In this document: positions 7,603-15,105 of the stretch, in pieces
Position numbering within the stretch: the stretch's first letter is position 1
Layout: each line of letters starts with the position of its first letter
Virus record (IMG/VR): IMGVR_UViG_3300008117_000099
DNA: 30,783 bases
From: an uncultured virus (IMG/VR IMGVR_UViG_3300008117_000099)
Lineage: Duplodnaviria; Heunggongvirae; Uroviricota; Caudoviricetes
Reading direction: 5' to 3' (one strand)
Program-made: the position numbers and the translations under genes
Notes under the pieces: model-generated
What the model was told of the DNA's origin: nothing
Databases searched by the model: none
What the model saw: only the letters and a program-made list of their open reading frames with translations

Positions 7603-7899
7603 ATGGGACGTACCTATGCGGACGGTTTGGTTGATAGCGGTATCTCGCTTGAACAAGGCGTGACTATCCACCTTACCTCTAATCACTATCCACCTGTACC
7701 TACTAGCATGGTGATACCTTGTATCGAGGCTATCTATGCGTGTGCCGACGGCGACTATGAACGCCTAATCGAATTACCTGAAGGCGTGACATGGCGAGGC
7801 AATACCTCCGCACCTGCCAACGCTATTGCCGAGGCTCATCACCTCGACCCGTTTATCAGCGACTATGCTGATTTCAAGTTGGAGGCTTGCGATGAGTGA
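7603..7899 (+). CDS. hypothetical phage protein
   Basis: 98 aa, AAAGGGG RBS; HLTSNHYPPVP motif. Confidence 0.8.
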   Translation: MGRTYADGLVDSGISLEQGVTIHLTSNHYPPVPTSMVIPCIEAIYACADGDYERLIELPEGVTWRGNTSAPANAIAEAHHLDPFISDYADFKLEACDE

Positions 7900-8113
7900 G
7901 CCTATGTACCTTGGTGGCGATACCGTTGCCTACGCTAACTCTAGCGAGGAAGTTCAAAGTTCCGAGTGTGGCGAGTGCGAGCAAGAAAGTGAGTTCCCCG
8001 CCTACTCAGAATACTCTCATGGCATAGTCTCATGGTATGCCGAGTGGAAGTGTAAGTATTGCGGATACGACAACACTAGTGAAGGGTGGTACGACCCGCA
8101 TGACGACAATTAG
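7892..8113 (+). CDS. small acidic Zn-ribbon protein
   Basis: GGAGG RBS gives ATG 7892; CGEC...CKYC. Confidence 0.75.
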   Translation: MSEPMYLGGDTVAYANSSEEVQSSECGECEQESEFPAYSEYSHGIVSWYAEWKCKYCGYDNTSEGWYDPHDDN

Positions 8114-8267
8114 CAAAGACGCGAATTACACGATTGTCGATGAGCAAATACTCCATTGTGACGAATTGCAGTTTCAATATATCTGCAATAAGTGCGAGGA
8201 ATATATGATTTGCTATTACTGTGAGTTTGACTATACCAAGCCTCACGATTGCGAAAGTTTCGGTTAG
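8100..8267 (+). CDS. small Cys-rich protein
   Basis: ATG 8100; HC...CNKC...CYYC...HDC. Confidence 0.65.
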   Translation: MTTISKDANYTIVDEQILHCDELQFQYICNKCEEYMICYYCEFDYTKPHDCESFG

Positions 8268-8282
8268 CCCCCGAATAACGCG

Positions 8283-8308
8283 AGGCCCCGTCGAAAGGCG
8301 GGGCTTTT
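8283..8308 (+). terminator. intrinsic terminator with GAAA loop
   Basis: AGGCCCCGTC-GAAA-GGCGGGGCTTTT. Confidence 0.7.
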
Positions 8309-8331
8309 GCACGTCGCGGGGCCCGCGAGAA

Positions 8332-8441
8332 TGTTTGTGTTGACCCACCCACCTCATTAGGGAATATATTATTAAAGAGACACGCTGTGACCATAGTCAC
8401 ACGGCCGGGTGGCAGGTTAACGGTATATAGGGCTATAGATT
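8332..8441 (+). promoter_or_regulatory. repeat module 7 (predicted leaderless transcript)
   Basis: TGTTTGTGTTGACCCACCCACC; box 8386-8401; 12-mer 8407-8418; 17 nt; TAGATT, then 6 nt to ATG 8448. Confidence 0.85.
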
Positions 8442-8447
8442 TAGGCC

Positions 8448-9143
8448 ATGGAGAAATTGAAGAGGTCTAAAGATATCAAGGTGACGAATTCGCTCACCCC
8501 TGGCGGTGCCGTACGTATTGCGAATTCATTCGGGTTACTTAGCGGTAAAGAGTACTCGTGCCCTGGCGCGACGTCCATATGCGAGAGAGTTTGCTACGCG
8601 GGACGGCTTGAGAGAATGAGACCGTCGGTCCGTAATGTCATGGCCCACAATTGGGACCTAGTCAAGGATGCAGACGTCGACACTATTACGGCCCTATTGG
8701 ACGTAATTATTAATGATTTTAAATTCGAATGCGAGAAATTCAACGCCGATAAACTATTCCGCATTCACTGGGATGGCGATTTCTTCAATGAGGCCTATAC
8801 CATGGCATGGATTAATATTATTAAACGCCATGAAGATGTCCACTTTTGGACGTATACACGCAATGCAGCTGCAGCTCAGCTACTGGCCGGTAACAATCTA
8901 GAGAATCTCGCGCTTTACTTTTCTGCAGACGATGACAATCTGCAGACGGCGATGACCCTTAAGGAGAAGGGAATCGCCCTGGCAATGCTTAAAGATACGT
9001 TTGAAGAGGCCAAGGCTGTTCTACCCCGTGCAGCAATGTGCCCCGAGCAACGTAAGCAAGTGCCACTGGCCGGTGCATGCGTTGCATGCGGAATCTGTGT
9101 TAAAGGGAGGGCAGACATGACATTCTCCATAACGAAGAGGTAA
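8448..9143 (+). CDS. Gp88-family (radical-SAM-like Cys motif) phage protein
   Basis: SCPGATSICERVCYA, FRIHWDGDFF, FWTYTR, C-terminal CP...CVACGIC. Confidence 0.75.
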   Translation: MEKLKRSKDIKVTNSLTPGGAVRIANSFGLLSGKEYSCPGATSICERVCYAGRLERMRPSVRNVMAHNWDLVKDADVDTITALLDVIINDFKFECEKFNADKLFRIHWDGDFFNEAYTMAWINIIKRHEDVHFWTYTRNAAAAQLLAGNNLENLALYFSADDDNLQTAMTLKEKGIALAMLKDTFEEAKAVLPRAAMCPEQRKQVPLAGACVACGICVKGRADMTFSITKR

Positions 9144-9155
9144 TCAGTCCCGGCC

Positions 9156-9179
9156 GGCCCGTCGCTCCCACGGCGGGCC
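9156..9179 (+). terminator. GC-rich hairpin
   Basis: GGCCCGTCG-CTCCCA-CGGCGGGCC after the stop. Confidence 0.55.
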
Positions 9180-9189
9180 CGCTGGCCGG

Positions 9190-9337
9190 TGTGACGTGCG
9201 TCACAGCCGGCGAAAGTTTGTGTTGGCCCTCCCACCCCATTTAATATTATGGGAATATATGGGAAAGAGATTTATTATTATTGTGAGAAGCATCACACTG
9301 CTGGGTGGCAGGTTTCAGAGAGGTCATAACCTAGAGT
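9190..9337 (+). promoter_or_regulatory. repeat module 8
   Basis: Extra box 9190-9205; GTTTGTGTTGGCCCTCCCACCCC; box 9282-9297; 12-mer 9303-9314; 17 nt; TAGAGT. Confidence 0.85.
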
Positions 9338-9386
9338 TCTCTATGTAAGCAACAAGGCTTACCTGTTCATTGGGAGATGAACGCCT

Positions 9387-9833
9387 ATGGCACAAGGAAG
9401 AATAGTAGTGGATAAAGCACTACTTATCGCTAAGTTGGTTTCATTACAAGAGAGTGAAATCAAGAGTTATGAGAAAGAGATGAAGGATTGGGAGAAAGCC
9501 CAATCTGACTACGCCAAGAAGTTGGCGACCGCTCAGAAACGCATTATCTCGGCTCTTACAAAGGGCAAGATTGTTCAGTTCCGAGTATCAGACGGCTATC
9601 GCTGGGAAAACGGCGAAAGAGTGTCCTATGGGTCAGATGTATCCATAGAGTTGTCGGGTATTGCGCCCGAAGTTTTCGGCGAAATCCCTTCTAGTAGGGG
9701 ATACGCACCGACAGACCCACGCACCCAATCTCACGGCAAGTATTTTGAGCGAGCCAAGATGTTGGAAGCAATCGGGCTAACCAAGAAAGATGAGGTATCT
9801 CTACCACTACGCTGGTCAGAGGAATACCTGTAA
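9387..9833 (+). CDS. hypothetical protein with N-terminal coiled coil
   Basis: 148-aa ORF, GGGAG RBS. Confidence 0.8.
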   Translation: MAQGRIVVDKALLIAKLVSLQESEIKSYEKEMKDWEKAQSDYAKKLATAQKRIISALTKGKIVQFRVSDGYRWENGERVSYGSDVSIELSGIAPEVFGEIPSSRGYAPTDPRTQSHGKYFERAKMLEAIGLTKKDEVSLPLRWSEEYL

Positions 9834-9877
9834 GTATTAGCGGGCGGTCAGGCGACACCCGCTAATCCATAGGAAAC

Positions 9878-9916
9878 ACGGGGTTAGGCAGAGCAATCTG
9901 CCTAGCCCCGTTTTTT
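9878..9916 (+). terminator. strong intrinsic terminator
   Basis: ACGGGGTTAGGCAGA-GCAA-TCTGCCTAGCCCCGT followed by a T run. Confidence 0.85.
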
Positions 9917-9976
9917 GCGTCCTGCCGTACGCTCAAACGGCTCAAACCCATGCCCGGCGTCGCCGGCAGCGAAAAA

Positions 9977-10338
9977 TGTTTGTGTTGGCCCACCCTCCCT
10001 ATCCGTTAGGGAGTTGTTGTTAGAGAGATGTGACCAATCTCACATGTGATTCTGCCCACACTGCCACCGGCTGTGACGTAAGTCACATGTGACATTGCTC
10101 ACAGACATGAAATGTCGACAAATCGCTATGTCTGCTTATGGCTATTTCGGCTACTGCCCGAAATGTGACGGCGGTCACGGCGGTATGACCAGATGTTAGA
10201 AGCCCTCTCGGGCTAGTTATTACATAACAGAGAGAGGCATACTCAGAGAGAGATGAGAGAGACAGAGAGAGTGTGACGCTAATCACAGAAAGATTATTGG
10301 CTCGGGTGGCAGGTTCTGTCGGTATGCGGTGGTTGAAT
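9977..10338 (+). promoter_or_regulatory. repeat module 9, expanded, with six TGTGA-N6-TCACA-type boxes
   Basis: TGTTTGTGTTGGCCCACCCTCCC; boxes start at 10029, 10045, 10072, 10088, 10164, 10272; GA-rich tract ~10229-10271; 12-mer 10304-10315. Confidence 0.8.
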
Positions 10339-10371
10339 ACTCCTATGCCCAACAGAAAGGGGTCTTACAAG

Positions 10372-11763
10372 ATGTCGCAAGAAAGCCTTGCGGTACTAGT
10401 AGTCGGCTATAACGCCTCTACTTGCTATCAAACACTCATCATGCCACAGGAGTCTGACACTCTCCTATTCCACAGAGAATATACAGGTCAACGTGGTCGC
10501 GGTTCGGCTTGGCGCACAATTTCGCTAGGTGAACTGCCTAATACGGATAAGGTCGAAGCACCGTTCTGCTTCTCCGTATCTACCAACAACATCGCTCAGG
10601 CAGGTATTGGTCTTATTACTCCTGTCTCTAACAAGGCTATGAAACTATGGGACGAGAACTCCCCTGTTACTGCCCTTGAAACTACCTCTGATTACCTTAC
10701 CGTAGTCAAACTCATGCGTGACATGCTCATCGAAGGCTCTGCTGACCTTCAATCCTCTGTCATTGACGGTTCTAACGTCTCTCTACGACCAATCGGCAAA
10801 GCGCGAAATCCTCTAGGGGTGTCGTTCCAACCCGAGCGAGAGCCTGAGACGACCGTTGTCCCTGTCGCAACTCACGCACCGACTTCAACCGACGTTATCG
10901 TTGCTGAAGTGCCCGATAAGAAGTGGGCTAACACCTACGTCAATCGTAAGTTGCCCTCAGGTCACACAGAGTTTGAAATCTTTGACTCTGCCCTAGCCAA
11001 TGCTGAGAACGTCCTCATCTTTGGGCCGACAGGTTCGGGCAAGACCATGAGCGCACTCGCTTATGCCTCTACTCGCAACCTCGATTACTACAACATCTCA
11101 TCTCACAACGGCTCTGAGCCTTCAGAGTGGATTGGTCGTTGGATACCAACGCCTGACGGTCACTATAAGTGGCAAGACGGTGCGGTCACTCAGATTGTTC
11201 GCAACGGCGGTGTATTGCTTCTCAACGAAGTTAACTTCCTTCCTGAACGTGTCACGACCGCTATCTTTTCTCTGCTCGACGACCGCCGTCACCTACAACT
11301 TATGGGTAACAACGGCGAGATTGTTCACGCTCACCCGAACCTTCTCATCATCGCTGACATGAACCCGAACTATCGCGGTACACGTCCAATGAACGAAGCG
11401 TTCAAAGACCGTTGGGCGCACAAGTTGGAGTTCGACTACGACCCAACTATCGAGCGTCGTCTCATCAAGGCAAAGTCCTTGCTCGAAATGGCAAAGGCGT
11501 TGCGTGAAGGCGGAGAACGTCGTGAAATCATGACGCCAATCTCTACACGGTCACTAGTGACCTTCTCTAATAATATCCACAAGTTGGGATTGGATTACGC
11601 TATCTATTCCTTCCTCAATGGGTTCGGCGACATGAAGGAACGCAACGCCGTCCGTGTAATTGTCGAGAACACTTACAAGGCGAACATCGCCCAAGACTTT
11701 GGTATCGAAGTCAACTTTGTGACCGACGTGGCTGAGCAAGTAGCAGAGGCGGTTCAAGCATGA
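10372..11763 (+). CDS. MoxR-group AAA+ ATPase (CbbQ/NirQ/CobS-like)
   Basis: Walker A GPTGSGKT, Walker B VLLLNEVN, WQDG, MNPNYRGT..MNEAFKDRW, ISTR; AAAGGGG RBS gives ATG 10372. Confidence 0.9.
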   Translation: MSQESLAVLVVGYNASTCYQTLIMPQESDTLLFHREYTGQRGRGSAWRTISLGELPNTDKVEAPFCFSVSTNNIAQAGIGLITPVSNKAMKLWDENSPVTALETTSDYLTVVKLMRDMLIEGSADLQSSVIDGSNVSLRPIGKARNPLGVSFQPEREPETTVVPVATHAPTSTDVIVAEVPDKKWANTYVNRKLPSGHTEFEIFDSALANAENVLIFGPTGSGKTMSALAYASTRNLDYYNISSHNGSEPSEWIGRWIPTPDGHYKWQDGAVTQIVRNGGVLLLNEVNFLPERVTTAIFSLLDDRRHLQLMGNNGEIVHAHPNLLIIADMNPNYRGTRPMNEAFKDRWAHKLEFDYDPTIERRLIKAKSLLEMAKALREGGERREIMTPISTRSLVTFSNNIHKLGLDYAIYSFLNGFGDMKERNAVRVIVENTYKANIAQDFGIEVNFVTDVAEQVAEAVQA

Positions 11764-13754
11764 GCCGTCAATGGGCAGACGAAGCACAGTTCAATATCTA
11801 TGACTACAAAGAACTAGTCATTGAACGCTACGACGAGCAGACATGGGTTGACCTAATTTCAAGTCAGTTAACTGAGGACGAAATTACCAACATCGCTGAC
11901 ACCATTGAGGACATCGTGGACATGGAACACGCAGAGTTAAACTCAATGTGTTCCGTGTTCACAACCGCAGACCGTATCCTCACCAAAGAAGGCGACGTTC
12001 GTGTCAAGACTTACAAGCCAACTGCTGACGACGAAGGACAGTACGACGGTGTCTCAGGTTGGTCTGACGGCAAGACCGTCATGTTCAATCTAGACGTTGT
12101 TCGTGCGTTGTCTGAAACAGACCTAACGGCTCTCAATGGCTTGAACTATCACGAACTCTGCCACCTTATCTACACTCCCCGAGCAGGTTCTGAGTTAATC
12201 CAATGGGCGGTCAAGAACAAGGTACAACGTGCCATGAACTACTTAGAGGACATGCGTATTGAAACGTTGTTCACGGCTCGCTTCCCAAGCACTCGCTTGT
12301 TCTTGGAGTCTAACTTCATCTCATACGTTGCCAACCATGACGTTAATAATAACGACACGCTTTTTCTATTAACTCGCGGTCGTCGCTATATTCCTCTTGC
12401 TATCCGTCAACGTATTGCTGATTGCTTCATCGAAGCACACGGTATCAAGGTTGCTCAGGAAGTTGCTGACGTGGTTGACCAATACCGTACTCTTGTATTC
12501 CCACGCGACTTTGAACTAGCCAAGCCACTCATCATGCGTTACTCAAAGATTGTTGGCTCAGGTAATAATCCTCAGGGCGATAACGGTGAAGGTAACGAAG
12601 GTGAAGGCAACCAACAAGGCGACGAATTAAATCTCGATTGTCCTAACGGTTGTGCCGACCGCAAGCCAATGAAAAACGGTCGCCCACTCTCACAGAAAGA
12701 ACAGAACGCTGACTCTGCTAAAGCACAAGAAGCAGACAAGCAGGACAAAGCCGAGCAGTTAAATAATAAATCCGACGACGAAACTATTAACGGTGGCGAC
12801 GGTCAAGGCGACTCAACCCATGAGTACAACGACAACGTTGACTCCGAGCAGTTAGAGCAGGACACACGCAAGACCGACCAAGACATCGCTGACATGCTTG
12901 AACAACGTGCCAAAGAAATCCGTGAGAACGAGCAGGTACGTCGTGAGGTTCGCAACTTCAAAGAAGCGGTCGATACCAATAGCGAATACAACGGTGCTTT
13001 GAAACAGGCTCGCTATCGTGACGAACATGTCTCTCTCAATAGTGACATCGACTTATCTGCTGAGAAGTTCGGTCGTGAGTTAGAACGTCTAGAGGTAGAA
13101 GCCGAGCCAACATGGTTGCGTGAGTTATCGTCAGGTCGTCTCAACGTTGAGCGAACCATGAACTCTGACATCAACTCTATCGACCGCATGTTTGACCGTT
13201 GGCAGGACGCCGATTACTCCACCGAGATTGAGGCAGTTATCTTGCTCGACAACTCAGGCTCTATGGGCTATCGAATTACAGAAGCATGCCGTTCGGTGTG
13301 GGCTATCAAGCGTGGCTTGGAACGTATCAACGCCAACACCACCGTCTATGCCTTCAATAGCGGAAGCCGACTTCTCTACTCTGCTACCGAGAACGCTGAC
13401 CCTAAGAACGTTCGCGTCCTTCACACAGGCGGTACAACTAACCCACTCATGGCTCTAAAAGAAGCCGAGCAAATATTTAACATGAGTAGCCGTACCACTA
13501 AATTATTATTTATCGTAACCGACGGTGGCTTTGACCACTCTGAGCCATGCGACGATTACATCAAAGCGTTCAATGACTCGGGCGTTATCACAAGCACCGT
13601 GTTCATCGGCTACATGCACCGTGACGTGGACGTTGATTACATCGAACACTATCGTCACTACGCTAAATACTTTAATGTTATATCTCAGCCGTCCGACCTT
13701 GTGCGGATTGCTACCGACATCGTTCAAGGCGAGATTGGAGTACGAGTCGCATGA
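11760..13754 (+). CDS. vWA-domain protein with N-terminal HExxH region (CobT-like AAA+ partner)
   Basis: HELCH and NYLEDMRIE, acidic linker, SGRL, MIDAS DNSGSM...GGT...TDG; ATGA coupling to the ATPase. Confidence 0.9.
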   Translation: MSRQWADEAQFNIYDYKELVIERYDEQTWVDLISSQLTEDEITNIADTIEDIVDMEHAELNSMCSVFTTADRILTKEGDVRVKTYKPTADDEGQYDGVSGWSDGKTVMFNLDVVRALSETDLTALNGLNYHELCHLIYTPRAGSELIQWAVKNKVQRAMNYLEDMRIETLFTARFPSTRLFLESNFISYVANHDVNNNDTLFLLTRGRRYIPLAIRQRIADCFIEAHGIKVAQEVADVVDQYRTLVFPRDFELAKPLIMRYSKIVGSGNNPQGDNGEGNEGEGNQQGDELNLDCPNGCADRKPMKNGRPLSQKEQNADSAKAQEADKQDKAEQLNNKSDDETINGGDGQGDSTHEYNDNVDSEQLEQDTRKTDQDIADMLEQRAKEIRENEQVRREVRNFKEAVDTNSEYNGALKQARYRDEHVSLNSDIDLSAEKFGRELERLEVEAEPTWLRELSSGRLNVERTMNSDINSIDRMFDRWQDADYSTEIEAVILLDNSGSMGYRITEACRSVWAIKRGLERINANTTVYAFNSGSRLLYSATENADPKNVRVLHTGGTTNPLMALKEAEQIFNMSSRTTKLLFIVTDGGFDHSEPCDDYIKAFNDSGVITSTVFIGYMHRDVDVDYIEHYRHYAKYFNVISQPSDLVRIATDIVQGEIGVRVA

Positions 13755-13969
13755 ACTTCTTAGACTCTCTAAATCAAATGGTTCAAGACGCAATAAATGA
13801 GGACATCAAAGACCACCTGTTAGACCAATGGGTGGCTAACCATGCCGACGAAGGTGAGGCGTACTTGGAGTGGCAGGTCGTTGGCTTTGCTGACGACACC
13901 ATCAAGGCTCAGTACAACGAGTACTACGACCTCACACCTGCTGACGAATATTATTATGAGGTGAACTAA
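13751..13969 (+). CDS. acidic hypothetical protein
   Basis: 72 aa, ATGA coupling, GGAG RBS. Confidence 0.8.
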   Translation: MNFLDSLNQMVQDAINEDIKDHLLDQWVANHADEGEAYLEWQVVGFADDTIKAQYNEYYDLTPADEYYYEVN

Positions 13970-14193
13970 TGAGCGACCACTACTTTGTAGTCAAGTACAA
14001 CAACGAGACAGGTTGGGAGTGGGATACCGAAACGGAAAGCGCACACTTCTCTGAGGGAACTATCTACACCGAAGGCAAGTGGGTGCGCTCGGGCGATTGC
14101 TTCGGCAACGACCAACACAAACTTTACGACATCGACGAGCAAGCCTCTGAACAGTTAGGGCGAGCCATGCTAGTAATGAACGGAGACATGTAA
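13969..14193 (+). CDS. acidic hypothetical protein
   Basis: 74 aa, TAATG coupling, GAGGTG RBS. Confidence 0.8.
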   Translation: MSDHYFVVKYNNETGWEWDTETESAHFSEGTIYTEGKWVRSGDCFGNDQHKLYDIDEQASEQLGRAMLVMNGDM

Positions 14194-14288
14194 TGCCCAA
14201 GAACGATTGCTGTGAGCATGACCAATACGAAAGCGCATGTGCCTGTTGTATCGGTGAGTGCGACGATTGCGGGTTCGGATATGAATAA
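14193..14288 (+). CDS. 31-aa Cys-rich peptide (not in ORF track)
   Basis: MPKNDCCEHDQYESACACCIGECDDCGFGYE; TAATG coupling and GGAG RBS. Confidence 0.65.
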   Translation: MPKNDCCEHDQYESACACCIGECDDCGFGYE

Positions 14289-14487
14289 CCGCCGCCACCG
14301 CCGCCAAGCAGAAGAAACCCTTATTAAAACTCACTCAGATATTAATAAGCAACAACAATTAAATTATATTGGCTTGGCTAAATATATTATCTTGGAAGAA
14401 GAACCCACAGACCGCCCAAGTAACGGGTGGGAGAGATTAGAGAAATTGGAGAAAGATGTCCTCGGAGACACGACGTCTAAGTCCTAA
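14281..14487 (+). CDS. hypothetical protein
   Basis: ORF track 14212..14487; ATG 14281 overlaps the upstream stop. Confidence 0.6.
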   Translation: MNNRRHRRQAEETLIKTHSDINKQQQLNYIGLAKYIILEEEPTDRPSNGWERLEKLEKDVLGDTTSKS

Positions 14488-14674
14488 CCGTGACTTGCGA
14501 CGAGTAATCCTGCTCGCGTTACAACAAGGTTGGACAGTAGAACGCAGGAACAATGGTCATATACGCTGGACTTCGCCTAGCGGTTACCATTACTATTCAT
14601 CATCAACACCAAGCGACGGTCGCGCTATACGCAACATCAAGCGTGACCTACGAAAGCAAGGCTTAACAGTTTAG
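14456..14674 (+). CDS. HicA-like (dsRBD-fold) protein
   Basis: GWTVERRNNGHIRWTSPSG...SSTPSD.RAIRN pattern; GGAG RBS; no HicB-like neighbour seen. Confidence 0.65.
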   Translation: MSSETRRLSPNRDLRRVILLALQQGWTVERRNNGHIRWTSPSGYHYYSSSTPSDGRAIRNIKRDLRKQGLTV

Positions 14675-14683
14675 GAGTTCACA

Positions 14684-15100
14684 ATTCAAACGTTCCTTCC
14701 ATACGCTGACTTCAAAGAGACGGCCAAAGTTCTTGACTATAAAAGATTAGGCAAGCAACGTGTAGAGACGTATCAAATCTTGCGTGTGCTTGCTGGTCTA
14801 ACAAAGGGTTGGCGTAACCACCCTGCCGTTCTTATGTGGGAAGGTTACGAACCTGCTCTGTGTGAGTATGGTCGCGTAGTCTGTACTGAGTGGATTGGTC
14901 GTGGCTACAACGATACGCTCTTGCCTCACTTTGAGAGCGAAGCAAACTCTGATAATCTACCGTCGTGGTTGGGAGACTCACGGCTACACATATCTCATCA
15001 ATCCAACCTCATACGGAAAGATGAGACGTTCTACAAACCAAAGTTCCCTGGAATACCAAACGACTTACCCTACTTTTGGGTAGTAACGAAAGGAAAATAA
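14684..15100 (+). CDS. pyrimidine-dimer DNA glycosylase / MSMEG_6728-like protein, probable ATT start
   Basis: In-frame upstream extension reads (I)QTFLPYADFKETAKVLDYKRLGKQRVETYQI...WRNHPAVLMW...HISHQSNLIRKD; AGGAG lies 6 nt before ATT. Confidence 0.8.
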   Translation: MQTFLPYADFKETAKVLDYKRLGKQRVETYQILRVLAGLTKGWRNHPAVLMWEGYEPALCEYGRVVCTEWIGRGYNDTLLPHFESEANSDNLPSWLGDSRLHISHQSNLIRKDETFYKPKFPGIPNDLPYFWVVTKGK

Positions 15101-15105
15101 TAAGC

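Noticed and set aside
4345..10000. Integron attC cassette array
   Set aside because: No integrase is in the window, there are no consistent RYYYAAC/GTTRRRY ends, and each module has its own promoter, unlike typical integron cassettes.
3771..10338. CRISPR array interpretation of the repeats (with a Cas4-like gene in the window)
   Set aside because: Repeats are degenerate, 0.5-1 kb apart and separated by whole genes. There is no cas1 or cas2, and solo Cas4-like nucleases are common in phages.
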